DNA of 64,000 bases from Acidaminococcales bacterium (GTDB lineage Bacteria > Bacillota > Negativicutes > Acidaminococcales > JAISLQ01). The position numbers were made by a program, and so were the translations under genes. Below, in pieces: positions 51,057 to 60,953 of the stretch. The stretch covers positions 9,328 through 73,327 of the forward strand of contig JAVBME010000005.1 in NCBI GenBank assembly GCA_031552765.1. Reading direction: 5' to 3'. The stretch's first letter is position 1. Each line of letters begins with the position of its first letter. The notes under the pieces are model-generated. The model did no database searches. It saw nothing but the letters and a program-made list of their open reading frames with translations, and was not told the DNA's origin.

Positions 51057-52331
51057 ATGGAAAAGCAATTATATGATACATATCTGGCAATTTTAGAGGG
51101 AGATATGGTAACCGCTCTGGGCTGCACCGAACCGATAGCCGTGGCGTACGCCGCAGCCAAAGCGCGACAGGTGTTGGGAGTTATGCCGGAAAAATGCGTA
51201 GTGTCATGCAGCGGCAACATTGTCAAAAATGTAAAAGGCGTAGTTGTGCCTAATTCAGGCGGCCTTAAAGGCATAGAAGCGGCGGCTGTATTGGGGATAG
51301 TCGGCGGCGACGCCGAACGGTCGCTTACTGTTTTAGAAACGGTAACCGACGAAGACAGGCAGGCCGCGCAAAAACTTTTGCAGGACGACTTTTGCCGTTG
51401 CGTGCTCCTCGAGGGGGTGCCCGGTCTTTATATATCGGTCGCTTTGTCGGCCAAAGACGGCTCGGCGCAAGTGGATATACAGGACTACCATACGAATATA
51501 GTAAAAATAAAGAAAAACGGCGCAGATATATTTGCCGCGTCCGCCGCCCCGGTGCACAGTGATACCGCTACGCCGGACAGGTCGCTGTTGAACGTGAAGG
51601 ATATCCTTCAATTTGCCGAAGAAGTGCAGATGGAGGATATAGAAGAGGTAATAACCCAGCAGATAGATTATAACAGCACTATCGCCAGGGAAGGCCTGGC
51701 GCATCCTTACGGCGTACAGGTGGGGCGCAGCCTTTTAGCCGAAGGCGCCGGCGATGTAAAGACCAGGGCCAAGGCGGCGGCCGCCGCCGGCTCAGACGCC
51801 AGGATGAGCGGCTGCGCTTTGCCTGTAGTCATCAACTCCGGTAGCGGCAACCAGGGCATAACTGTCACCATGCCTGTGGTGGAATACGCCAAGGAGTACC
51901 GGGTCGGTAAGGAAAAACTATACCGGGCTCTGGTTGTGAGCAACCTTGTAGCCATACACCAGAAAAAATACATAGGCAGCTTGTCCGCCTATTGCGGCGT
52001 TGTCAGCGCGGCCTGCGGCAGCGGTACAGGTATTGCCTACTTATTGGGTTACTCATATGAAGAGATTTGCGACGTTATAACAAACACTATCGCGACCATC
52101 GGCGGTATGGTGTGTGACGGCGCCAAGCCTTCGTGCGCCGCCAAGATTGCTGCGGCGGTCGATACCGCTATCATGGCGCTCAATCTCAGCCGAAAAAAAC
52201 TCGTCTTCCAGCCGGGCGAAGGCCTGGTAAAGGATGATGTGGAAAAGACTATCGCCAGTATCGGTTATATGGGCAGGGAAGGCATGAAAACGACCGATGT
52301 GGAAATTTTGAAAATCATGCTGGAAAAGTAA
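51057..52331 (+). CDS. UPF0597 / serine dehydratase alpha-like protein (L-cysteine desulfidase-like)
   Basis: ALGCTEPIAVAYAAA...INSGSGNQG...GMVCDGAKPSCAAK. Confidence 0.75.
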   Translation: MEKQLYDTYLAILEGDMVTALGCTEPIAVAYAAAKARQVLGVMPEKCVVSCSGNIVKNVKGVVVPNSGGLKGIEAAAVLGIVGGDAERSLTVLETVTDEDRQAAQKLLQDDFCRCVLLEGVPGLYISVALSAKDGSAQVDIQDYHTNIVKIKKNGADIFAASAAPVHSDTATPDRSLLNVKDILQFAEEVQMEDIEEVITQQIDYNSTIAREGLAHPYGVQVGRSLLAEGAGDVKTRAKAAAAAGSDARMSGCALPVVINSGSGNQGITVTMPVVEYAKEYRVGKEKLYRALVVSNLVAIHQKKYIGSLSAYCGVVSAACGSGTGIAYLLGYSYEEICDVITNTIATIGGMVCDGAKPSCAAKIAAAVDTAIMALNLSRKKLVFQPGEGLVKDDVEKTIASIGYMGREGMKTTDVEILKIMLEK

Positions 52332-52340
52332 ATAGTTAAA

Positions 52341-52384
52341 AACTCCCGCGCTAAAATTATTATTGTCGGCGGGAGTTTTTTTAT
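52341..52384 (+). terminator. Rho-independent terminator
   Basis: AACTCCCGC (52341-52349) pairs with GCGGGAGTT (52369-52377), followed by a T-run. Confidence 0.7.
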
Positions 52385-52408
52385 AAAAATTATGTTTATT
52401 TGTTTATG

Positions 52409-52437
52409 TTGCAATATTTTGGTGTTGCACCGATAAT
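52409..52437 (+). promoter_or_regulatory. Candidate promoter of the 1442-aa gene
   Basis: TTGCAA (52409-52414), a 17-nt spacer, then GATAAT (52432-52437). Confidence 0.45.
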
Positions 52438-52490
52438 AATCATAGAGGTTTTTTGTTCGATAACTGCTGAAAAGCGAGGTATGGGAAAAG

Positions 52491-55400
52491 ATGATCCAGC
52501 ACCCCTTCCATATTTTTGATTGCCTGCGGGCGCTTAATAATATAATGTTTCCTTCGGTACGGGATTTTTCTGTTTACGATAAGGTTTTGCATATAAATGA
52601 AATAACGGTCGGCCGTTATGCGAAACTGGGCAGGAATACAAAAGAAGCGCTGTGGCTGGAAGTATTGCGCCCGGAATTTACGCATTTTCCGCAAATGCCC
52701 GAAGAGCTGGCGGCCTGGATAGGCGACTGGGGAGGACAACTGCCGGCGCAGCCGCCGCGCCCGCGCCGGTATTACCGTAACAAGGAAGAGCTTTGGGAAG
52801 AAAAGCAATCGGCGCTGCTGTCTCAAGAAAACAGCAGTCTGAAAGGCGAACGCTTTGACGCTGTCCCCGCCCGGGTAAAAGACTGGCGGCAGTGGCTGAG
52901 GGCGGAGTGGACGCCCTGGGCAAAAGAAAACCAGGAAAAATTCGAAGCGATAGAAGGTTATGAAAAGATATGGTCATTGGCGCAAATACTGAAAAACCAT
53001 AAGGACAGGTTTGAACTTTTGTGGTGCACGGCTATCCTGTGCTGGCGGCTGGATGGCCTGGAGATCAGGCGGCCGCTTTTGACCAGCAGGCTGGAGATAG
53101 AACATGACCCGCACAAAGGCCTGCTGCGTCTTTTACCGACTAAGACCGGGCCAAAACTGGAATATGACATGCTGTTCGGCTTGCCGGACGTTAACTTTCC
53201 GGAACTGTTTTTGCTGGAACGCCAACTGCTGGAAGAAGAGCTGGATTTAAGGGACAATGCGGCCGTGCGTGATTTTTCACAAAAGATTGCCGATGCGGTA
53301 GCGCCTGGCTGCCAGGTGCTTACCGGAGAAAGCTTGCAGCAAAAAGCGCCAACCGGCTTGCCGCGGATATATTGCGCAGATCCAGCCCTCGTGCTGAGAA
53401 AACTCGATGCCAGCAAATGGCGGGGCGAACTCGAAGGAGTAGTGGAAACTATCGATGCCGGCGGCTCGTTGTCCGATATTTTCGGCCATTATTACAGAAT
53501 GGACAGACGCGCGGAGGAGTTACCCGAACGCGGCTGGAAAGAAAGCAGCCAGACGCCTCTTTTTCCATGGGCGGCGGCTGATGCTCAGTGGGAAGCGATA
53601 AGGCGACTGCCCGACAATAACCTGGTAGTCGTGGAGGCGCCGGAAGGCAGCGGTAAAGAGCAACTAGTAGGCAACCTTCTTTCCCACCTTTTGGCTCATG
53701 GCAAAAAAGTATTGGTAACAGGGCCGTGTGGCGCCCGGCTGCAACAGGCCGGCAACCTGATAAATAAAGAATTTTCCGAGATAGCTCCGCTTTGTGTTTG
53801 CGCTGCCGGTACGGAAAAAGAAAATATAAACGAGCTTTTTACTTCTTTGCGCGCGCACAACCAGAAAATGAATTTTTTCACCAGAGAGCAAGTCGCGCGT
53901 GCGCTGGCAGAGCTACAGACACGGCTAGGCCAGTGCCGCAACGAACTTTTGGAAAACAAAAACCAGCTACAGGCCGCCCAAACACTCGAATATACCAGGA
54001 AGTTTTCTCTTGAAGGCAAAGAAAGATCGCCCTGGGAGGTGGCTGCCTGGCTGGTTGATAAAGCGGAAAAACTCGGTTATATACCCGATGCCATAGGGCA
54101 TGACCAGGATTGCCCGTTAAACGGCGGCGAATTGGGGAAATTTTTCGAGCTGCTGCGAAGCAGCTCGCCTGACGACGGTAAACGATTGAATATGTGGTGG
54201 CTTTTTCCTGACCAGATAATGGCGGGCGAGCGCCTGGAAGATATCTTGCAACAGCTAGAGGCGCTTTATGAAGACAGGAAAGTGCGCCAAGAGCTGCTGG
54301 CAGACTGTCTGTTTGAAGAGGCGGATGCGGTAACGGCCAGCGGGGTGCTTGCCGAATACCAGCAGGCGCTTACTTCACTGCCTGGCGTAGCGGGCGACTG
54401 GCTGGAAAATGTACTGAAAGACCTTGCTGGTTCTTCGCAAAGGCGCCGCATTTGGGAAGAACTTTACCAGTCTTCGATCGGACGCCTACAGAAGATACGC
54501 AGCTTGCAGACGATGATAAGCGACTATACAGTCACGGTCCCGGAACGGGGCGATTTCCGCCATCTGCGCGACGTGCTTTACAACTTGCGTATAGAATTTT
54601 TCAAAAATGGTAAACTGGGTTTTATTTATAAATTGACGGCCGGCAAAAAATCGCTCGGCGTATTCGAAGAATGTCTTATTAACGGCCAACAGGCGGCCAG
54701 CATACAGGATGTCGACTTGATACTGGCCCATATAGATTACCTGGATGAAGTCAGAAAACTGGCGCACAGGTGGAACAACACCGTTTTTGAGATAGACGGC
54801 CCGCAGCTTGACGACTCTTCGCCACTTCTTCTCGACAGTGTGGAAAGATATGTCGGACAGCTTAAAAAAGCGCTCCATTGGCAGCGTACTTATCTGGATA
54901 TACTAAAAAAATCCTGGCAGGTATTTTCCCATAATCAGGCGCCGCAGTGGTCTGACCGCTGCTGGCTTGGTTTTATGCTGCCCAAATTGCAGGCCTGGTC
55001 ACGGGAGCGGTATATGCTCCAACTGCTGGCGGAATTGGAGCGGCAAAAAGAGCTGCTTACGGCAACGCCGGAAGGGGAAGAGGACCACCCGGTGTGCGCG
55101 ACTTTGCTGTCTGCGCTTGAAGAAGGCGACATTGCGGCCTGGCAGGATGCGCGGGCTATGGCGGAAGAACTGACCCGCCAGCGCGAAGCCTGGCAGGATT
55201 TTCGCTCGCTTTACGTCAAAATGGCCGATATAGCGCCGCTTTGGGTGGAAAAACTGCTAAAGAGCGCCCAACAGCCGTTTTCCGCTTTGCCGGAAGACTG
55301 GCCGGAGGCCTGGCAGTGGAGCAGGGGGAAATCATGGCTGTCCAAACACCGCGAGGGCAACCGCCTTATGGAGATGCACGGCCGATACATGGAAAAACAG

Positions 55401-56819
55401 AAAGAAGAATCCGTCCTGGTGCGCGAAGTAGCGGCCAGCAGCGCCTGGTACTGGCAGCTTAAGCGGATAACCGCGGAGGAAAAAAAGGGACTGGATTTTC
55501 TTCTTGGCAAGGCCGACCAGAAATACGGCGCTGATAAAGAGGATGAGCTGCCGCGCGACTTTTTGCGCGAAGCGGAATTTTGGCGTATGAGCCTGCCGGC
55601 CTGGATCATGCCTATAGATGTACTTTTGCAGACACTGGGGCCGTTTGACCGCTTATTTGACGTGGTAATCGTGGAAGAAAGCGAAAAATGCGATATTTTC
55701 AACCTATGCTTGCTGCTGCGCGGCAGGAAGGCTGTGATAATAGGCGACAATATGCTGCCCGGCGGCATTAACATGCTGCAAGGACGGGCCGCCGCCAAAA
55801 TAGTCTTGGAAAAATCATTGCTGGGTTTGCCGGCTAAAGTGCGTTTTGACCTTAACGACAGTATTTACGATTTTGCTTTGCGTTTGCTGGACGGGCAAAG
55901 TATTTTGCTCAATGAGATATATAACTATCTGCCCGGTTTGAGCGGCTTTGTCAATGAACATTTTTACGGCGGCAAACTTACCCAGCTGATGCCGGGAGAA
56001 GGCAGCGCCCAACTGCTGCCTGTCCTTAATAAAGTAGTTTTGCCGGCGCACCTTGCCGGGACGAACAACCGCCAGGAAGCGTCAGGCGTTGTCAATAAAC
56101 TGGCCGAAGTTATAAAAAAACCGGAATACGCTGGCAAAAGCCTGTGCATATTGACTTTGGGCGGTAGCGACCAGGTGGAGCTTTTAAACGAATTATTGTT
56201 GCAGCGTGTAGCGGAAGAAGAAATCGCCGCGCGCGATATTACGGTATCGAGTGTATGCGATTATGCCGGCGGCCGGCGCGATGTAGTGTTTTTCTCGCTG
56301 GTATCAGCGCAACTGGCGGAAAAAGCGGATATGCGCGACCTGAATGCAGCTGTATCTACTGTGCGTGAGCAGATGTATGTTTTCCGGCCGTTTGCTGAAG
56401 AAAATATTTTCGTACGTAGCTTGAGCGCCCGCCTGCTAGCGTTAGGCGCCGGCGAACAAGAGGTAGATACGCCCGAAGCGCCTAGACTGGTTCAGGACGT
56501 ATGGCGGGCAATATCCGGGAAGGGGTACAGGGCTACGGCCTGGAGCGAGCCGCCCGGTATAGGACGCCGGCTGGATATAGTCATTGAAAGCAGCGGCGGC
56601 AAGGCCGCCGTTATCTGCGACGGTCTGCGCAATACGGCGGAAACGGAAAAACTGTTCAAAATCAAAGAACAACTGGCCCGTGCCGGCTGGCACACCATAC
56701 ATATACGGGGTTGCGATTTTTATATCGACAGGGAAAACACACTGGGCAAACTTTGGCAATTTTTGGAAAAAGTTGGTATAATGACTACCCAGGAAGAAAA
56801 TACACTTAAAAGTTTTTGA
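52491..56819 (+). CDS. 1442-aa DUF4011/Upf1-like SF1 helicase homolog with C-terminal DUF559/REase-like domain; catalytic motifs apparently degenerate
   Basis: Uninterrupted 4.3-kb ORF. P-loop-like APEGSGKE (aa 383-390) and motif II-like FDVVIVEESEK (aa 1056-1066). It also has IIGDNMLPGG, VCDYAGGRRDVVFFSLVSA and LNAAVSTVRE. The C-terminal part reads LDIVIESS..AAVICDG...GWHTIHIRGCDF. Confidence 0.8.
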   Translation: MIQHPFHIFDCLRALNNIMFPSVRDFSVYDKVLHINEITVGRYAKLGRNTKEALWLEVLRPEFTHFPQMPEELAAWIGDWGGQLPAQPPRPRRYYRNKEELWEEKQSALLSQENSSLKGERFDAVPARVKDWRQWLRAEWTPWAKENQEKFEAIEGYEKIWSLAQILKNHKDRFELLWCTAILCWRLDGLEIRRPLLTSRLEIEHDPHKGLLRLLPTKTGPKLEYDMLFGLPDVNFPELFLLERQLLEEELDLRDNAAVRDFSQKIADAVAPGCQVLTGESLQQKAPTGLPRIYCADPALVLRKLDASKWRGELEGVVETIDAGGSLSDIFGHYYRMDRRAEELPERGWKESSQTPLFPWAAADAQWEAIRRLPDNNLVVVEAPEGSGKEQLVGNLLSHLLAHGKKVLVTGPCGARLQQAGNLINKEFSEIAPLCVCAAGTEKENINELFTSLRAHNQKMNFFTREQVARALAELQTRLGQCRNELLENKNQLQAAQTLEYTRKFSLEGKERSPWEVAAWLVDKAEKLGYIPDAIGHDQDCPLNGGELGKFFELLRSSSPDDGKRLNMWWLFPDQIMAGERLEDILQQLEALYEDRKVRQELLADCLFEEADAVTASGVLAEYQQALTSLPGVAGDWLENVLKDLAGSSQRRRIWEELYQSSIGRLQKIRSLQTMISDYTVTVPERGDFRHLRDVLYNLRIEFFKNGKLGFIYKLTAGKKSLGVFEECLINGQQAASIQDVDLILAHIDYLDEVRKLAHRWNNTVFEIDGPQLDDSSPLLLDSVERYVGQLKKALHWQRTYLDILKKSWQVFSHNQAPQWSDRCWLGFMLPKLQAWSRERYMLQLLAELERQKELLTATPEGEEDHPVCATLLSALEEGDIAAWQDARAMAEELTRQREAWQDFRSLYVKMADIAPLWVEKLLKSAQQPFSALPEDWPEAWQWSRGKSWLSKHREGNRLMEMHGRYMEKQKEESVLVREVAASSAWYWQLKRITAEEKKGLDFLLGKADQKYGADKEDELPRDFLREAEFWRMSLPAWIMPIDVLLQTLGPFDRLFDVVIVEESEKCDIFNLCLLLRGRKAVIIGDNMLPGGINMLQGRAAAKIVLEKSLLGLPAKVRFDLNDSIYDFALRLLDGQSILLNEIYNYLPGLSGFVNEHFYGGKLTQLMPGEGSAQLLPVLNKVVLPAHLAGTNNRQEASGVVNKLAEVIKKPEYAGKSLCILTLGGSDQVELLNELLLQRVAEEEIAARDITVSSVCDYAGGRRDVVFFSLVSAQLAEKADMRDLNAAVSTVREQMYVFRPFAEENIFVRSLSARLLALGAGEQEVDTPEAPRLVQDVWRAISGKGYRATAWSEPPGIGRRLDIVIESSGGKAAVICDGLRNTAETEKLFKIKEQLARAGWHTIHIRGCDFYIDRENTLGKLWQFLEKVGIMTTQEENTLKSF

Positions 56820-56837
56820 CTTATAAGGGGTGAGATT

Positions 56838-57716
56838 ATGAACAAGGCGCGTTTTTTGATAATAACAGGCATGTCGGGCGCGGGCAAGAGCTTGGTGCTC
56901 AAGGCGCTTGAGGATTTGGATTTTTTTTGTATGGACAATCTTCCTCCCGCGCTGATACCTAAATTCGCCGAGCTTTACCAGCAGATCGAAGGCGGGTCAA
57001 AGAACGTAGCTTTGGTTGTGGACATTCGCGTAGGCGGCTTTTTTTCGGAGTTCGCAAAAACCCTGGGCGAACTTAGCGCCGGGAATATTCCGTATGAGCT
57101 GCTATTTCTCGATTGTGACGATGAAGTGCTCATCCGGCGCTACAAAGAGACCCGCCGCCGGCATCCTTTGAGCGTGGACGGCAGGATAAGCCATGGCATC
57201 AGGCTGGAGAGAGAGGCGCTAGCCTGCGCGCGCGACCTGGCAACAAATATCATAAATACCAGCCAGATGAAGGACGCGGATTTGCGTGAGGAGATAAAAG
57301 GCCTGTTCGGGGAGCAAAACGCCGGCACGCCTTTTAATATCACCGTGCTTTCTTTTGGCTTCAAGTATGGTTTGCCTACAGACGCCGATATGGTATTTGA
57401 TGTGCGCTTTTTGCCTAATCCTTTTTATGTAGAAGAACTCAAATATAAAAGTGGCAATACAAAAGAAGTGGCGGAATATGTGGGGAAATGGCCGATCGCC
57501 AGGAGATTTTTGCTTAAACTGGAAGATATGGTGGATTTTCTCATGCCGCAATTTATCAAGGAAGGCAAGGCCCAGACGGTCATCGCGATAGGCTGTACGG
57601 GCGGTATGCACAGGTCGGTATTCATCGCCAATAAATTGGCCGACATGCTGAGGACGCAGGGCTATAAAGTGCAGGTAGAGCACAGGGATATTGCCAAAAA
57701 TACCGCCAAGGAATAG
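56838..57716 (+). CDS. rapZ: RNase adapter protein RapZ (YvcJ)
   Basis: LIITGMSGAGKS...FLDCDDEVLIRRYKETRRRHPL...AIGCTGGMHRSV. Confidence 0.93.
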   Translation: MNKARFLIITGMSGAGKSLVLKALEDLDFFCMDNLPPALIPKFAELYQQIEGGSKNVALVVDIRVGGFFSEFAKTLGELSAGNIPYELLFLDCDDEVLIRRYKETRRRHPLSVDGRISHGIRLEREALACARDLATNIINTSQMKDADLREEIKGLFGEQNAGTPFNITVLSFGFKYGLPTDADMVFDVRFLPNPFYVEELKYKSGNTKEVAEYVGKWPIARRFLLKLEDMVDFLMPQFIKEGKAQTVIAIGCTGGMHRSVFIANKLADMLRTQGYKVQVEHRDIAKNTAKE

Positions 57717-57810
57717 CGGCGGTACTGTATGGTCAAGATAAGTTCTGGCATATTGGGGACGGCGGGTTTTGGCGCGGTTTCCTATGGCAGATAGAAAAAC
57801 AGGTGTTTTT

Positions 57811-59181
57811 ATGCATTGGATAAAATGGCTGTACCCGGGCATAAACATAAAGCGTTGGCTGTTATTGCTCATGTTGGGGCTGGCCTTGATAGCGGCCGGG
57901 ATAATGATGTTTTTCCGCAACAGTATCGGCGGATTTTTAGAAAGTTTTGTCCGCTGGATAGAACTGGCTATAGTAGAAGGAAATAACAGGCATGTATTCA
58001 ACTTTCTGGGCGCCGCCTGCTTGTTGGCCGGATTGGTATCAATAGTCGTTGCCGTAAGGAAAATCGGCAACTCTTTTTTGAGTTGTTTAATGCCGGACGG
58101 AGACCAGAAACTGGTGGATAGGATGTTCACCCGCCATCATTTAGACAATGGCCCCCTGGTGACGGTTATCGGCGGCGGGACAGGGCTTTCGATACTGCTG
58201 CGCGGTATGAAGCAGATAACCAGTAACTGCAGCGCGGTAGTTGCTACTACCGACGACGGCGGCTCCTCCGGGCGCCTGCGTGAGGAACTGGGCATAATAC
58301 CGCCGGGCGACCTGCGAAACTGCATAACGGCGCTGGCCGATACCGAGCCGTTGATGTCCAAGCTGATGCAGTACAGGTTCAAGGGCGACAGCTCGCTTTC
58401 CGGGCATAGTTTCGGCAACCTTTTTATTGCCGCTATGGCAGATATCGTGGGTGATATGGAGGGCGGGCTCAACGCGGCCAGCACAGTTTTAAAAGTGCGC
58501 GGCAGCGTTATTCCGGCGACATTGGAGCCGGTAACGCTGGTGGCGCGTATGGACGACGGGACTATCTACGAAGGTGAGACGAACATCGTCGCTGCCGGCA
58601 AAAAGATAGAGCGGATGAATTTGTTGCCGGCCCATGCCGCCGCGACCAAGAGCGCGGTCAAAGCCATTATGGAAGCGGATATGCTCCTATTGGGTCCGGG
58701 CAGCCTTTATACGAGCGTTATTACTAACCTACTGGTGCCGGAGATAAGAGAAGCCGTACTCAGCAGCCAGGCAGTGAAAGTATATATCTGCAACGTCATG
58801 ACCCAGCCGGGGGAAACGGACGGCTATTCCAGTTATGACCATGTGAACGCCATTTTCGAACATGTGGGCGAGCCTTTCCTCGATTATGTCGTGGTCAACA
58901 AACAGAGCATCAGCCAGGATCTTTTGGATAAATACGCCGCCCAGGGCGCGTATCCGGTAAAACAGGAAAATGGCCGCCTGATGTGCCTCGGGCTCAGTGT
59001 GGTCGAGGCTAACCTTATCAGCGAAGAAAACCTTGTGCGCCACCAGCCTGTCCAACTGGCCAAGACTCTGATGGCGCTCGTTTACCGGCTGCGCCTTTCC
59101 GGCAACAGGTTCAAGATCATGGATTATTACTTTGTACGTGACAGCATGCGTCGCATAAGAAAGATTATTGAAGGAGACTAA
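57811..59181 (+). CDS. yvcK: YvcK-family gluconeogenesis/morphology factor (UPF0052) with N-terminal membrane extension
   Basis: The likely start is ATG 57811 (MHWIKWLYPG). There are two hydrophobic helices. The core follows: VTVIGGGTGLS.LLRG...TTDDGGSSGRLR...LGPGSLYTS. Confidence 0.88.
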   Translation: MHWIKWLYPGINIKRWLLLLMLGLALIAAGIMMFFRNSIGGFLESFVRWIELAIVEGNNRHVFNFLGAACLLAGLVSIVVAVRKIGNSFLSCLMPDGDQKLVDRMFTRHHLDNGPLVTVIGGGTGLSILLRGMKQITSNCSAVVATTDDGGSSGRLREELGIIPPGDLRNCITALADTEPLMSKLMQYRFKGDSSLSGHSFGNLFIAAMADIVGDMEGGLNAASTVLKVRGSVIPATLEPVTLVARMDDGTIYEGETNIVAAGKKIERMNLLPAHAAATKSAVKAIMEADMLLLGPGSLYTSVITNLLVPEIREAVLSSQAVKVYICNVMTQPGETDGYSSYDHVNAIFEHVGEPFLDYVVVNKQSISQDLLDKYAAQGAYPVKQENGRLMCLGLSVVEANLISEENLVRHQPVQLAKTLMALVYRLRLSGNRFKIMDYYFVRDSMRRIRKIIEGD

Positions 59182-59182
59182 A

Positions 59183-60124
59183 ATGTCTTTTTCCAGTGAG
59201 GTAAAAAACGAACTGGCGCGTTTGGCCAGCCTCAACTCCTGCTGCCTGGTAGCGGAACTGTCCGCCCTTTTCCGTATGGGGGGGAGCATAGTCATGCGCG
59301 GCTTGAATATAGGCGTAGACTTTGCCACCGAGAATGCCGCTTTGGCCAGACGGGTACTGCAAATGAGCAAAAAACGTTTCAAACTGCCTCTGGAGGTGGT
59401 GGTGACCCGCTCGCGCCGGCTGCGGAAAAACAACCGTTACCTGATACGGGTGACGCCGGGCCAGGAAACAAGGACTGTCATGGCGGCTTTGGGCGTATTG
59501 CCGGGTGATGAGGGCGCAGAGCTGGTAAAAAATATCTTGCAGGCCTCCTGTTGCCGCAAAGCCTTTTTGCGTGGAGCGTTTTTGGCGGGCGGCTCGGTCA
59601 GCCGGCCGCTGGGTGATTACCACCTGGAACTTGTCTCCCAGTCAAACGAACTGGCGGCGCTTATCGTAAAGATGATGAAAAGCTTTTCTCTGCCGGCCAA
59701 AATGACCGACCGCAAAGGCGACTATATAGTTTACCTGAAAGAAGGCGGGGCAATAATCTCCTTTTTGTCTCTGGTAGGGGCTCATACCGCGCTTCTGGAG
59801 TTTGAAAATGTACGCATAGTAAAAGAGATGCGCAACCAGGTAAACCGTGTGGTAAACTGCGAGACAGCCAACCTCGGTAAAGTGGTGAAGGCCGCTTTGA
59901 AGCAGGTGGCGGCGATAAAGTATATAGAGGAAAAGGCAGGGCTTGGTATACTTGCGCCTTCTCTGCGCGAGGCGGCCGAGCTCAGGCTGGAGCACCAGGA
60001 AGCGCCGCTGAGCGAGCTGGCGGAGCTTGCCGCTGGGCAGATCGGCAAGGCGGGAATGAACCACCGTTTGAAGAAAATAGAGCAGTTTGCTCAAAAAATG
60101 GGAATGAAAGATGTTAAAGAATAA
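59183..60124 (+). CDS. whiA: DNA-binding protein WhiA
   Basis: ATG 59183 follows AAGGAG. Has MSFSSEVKNEL, LAGLIDADG-like repeats and a C-terminal HTH. Confidence 0.93.
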   Translation: MSFSSEVKNELARLASLNSCCLVAELSALFRMGGSIVMRGLNIGVDFATENAALARRVLQMSKKRFKLPLEVVVTRSRRLRKNNRYLIRVTPGQETRTVMAALGVLPGDEGAELVKNILQASCCRKAFLRGAFLAGGSVSRPLGDYHLELVSQSNELAALIVKMMKSFSLPAKMTDRKGDYIVYLKEGGAIISFLSLVGAHTALLEFENVRIVKEMRNQVNRVVNCETANLGKVVKAALKQVAAIKYIEEKAGLGILAPSLREAAELRLEHQEAPLSELAELAAGQIGKAGMNHRLKKIEQFAQKMGMKDVKE

Positions 60125-60899
60125 AAGAAAAATATTTTTCTCTTTGATGCTGATTGTATTTGTCTGGCTGGGTGCGGATTTTTACCAATACCAGAAAAAA
60201 GCTGTGACTGTTTTGGCCTATCACAGCGTCATGCGCGAGGCTGGCGTGATAAACGGCGAATACAGTATTTCTGAAAAAGATTTTGCCGATCAGCTAAATT
60301 GGTTAAAAGAAGAAGGCTATAAGACCGTGGCGCTGGGCGACGTGGCGCGGGCCAGGAGCGGCGGTCCAGCTCTGCCTGACAAACCGCTGGTCATAACCTT
60401 TGACGACGGTTATAAGGATAATTTGTATATCGCCATGCCGCTGCTCGAGCGTTACGGTTTTTCCGCTACAGTTTTTGTTGTAACGGATTTTATTGGCCAA
60501 GACGCTTTTTTGGGTTGGGACGAAGTGCTTGTTCTGCAAAAAAAAGGTTTTTCCATAGGTTCACACACTGTGAGCCACCAGCCGCTGGCAGCAATTGATG
60601 AAGCGTCGGCGCGCCGGGAGCTTGAAGTTTCTCGTGAAAAACTTCAAGCCCAGGGTATCGACGCGCGCTTTTTGGCGTATCCGCACGGAAGCCATAGCCA
60701 AAGCATCCAGATGCTTGTGCGGGAAGCCGGTTATCTGGCGGCCTGTACAGGGAAAAACGGCGTTAATGATGAAAAAGTATCCCTGTACGCTTTGAAAAGG
60801 ATAAATGTGCCGCAGTCCAAATATGGTCTGTGGAACTTTAAACTACGCGTCTTATACGGCAAACTTTTAGGCTGGGCCAGCCATTGGCTGCCGTCTTGA
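60111..60899 (+). CDS. Polysaccharide deacetylase family protein (NodB domain)
   Basis: N-terminal TM segment. Has VITFDDGYKDN, ATVFVV and GSHTVSHQPL. Confidence 0.85.
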   Translation: MLKNKRKIFFSLMLIVFVWLGADFYQYQKKAVTVLAYHSVMREAGVINGEYSISEKDFADQLNWLKEEGYKTVALGDVARARSGGPALPDKPLVITFDDGYKDNLYIAMPLLERYGFSATVFVVTDFIGQDAFLGWDEVLVLQKKGFSIGSHTVSHQPLAAIDEASARRELEVSREKLQAQGIDARFLAYPHGSHSQSIQMLVREAGYLAACTGKNGVNDEKVSLYALKRINVPQSKYGLWNFKLRVLYGKLLGWASHWLPS

Positions 60900-60953
60900 C
60901 TTTGCCGGGGGATTGATTATAAAATAAGACAAATGCATGAATGGAGGAACAAC

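Noticed and set aside
57219-59433. Minus-strand ORFs of 303 aa and 234 aa antisense to rapZ and yvcK
   Set aside because: These are shadow ORFs opposite well-supported genes. They have no SD and no family resemblance.
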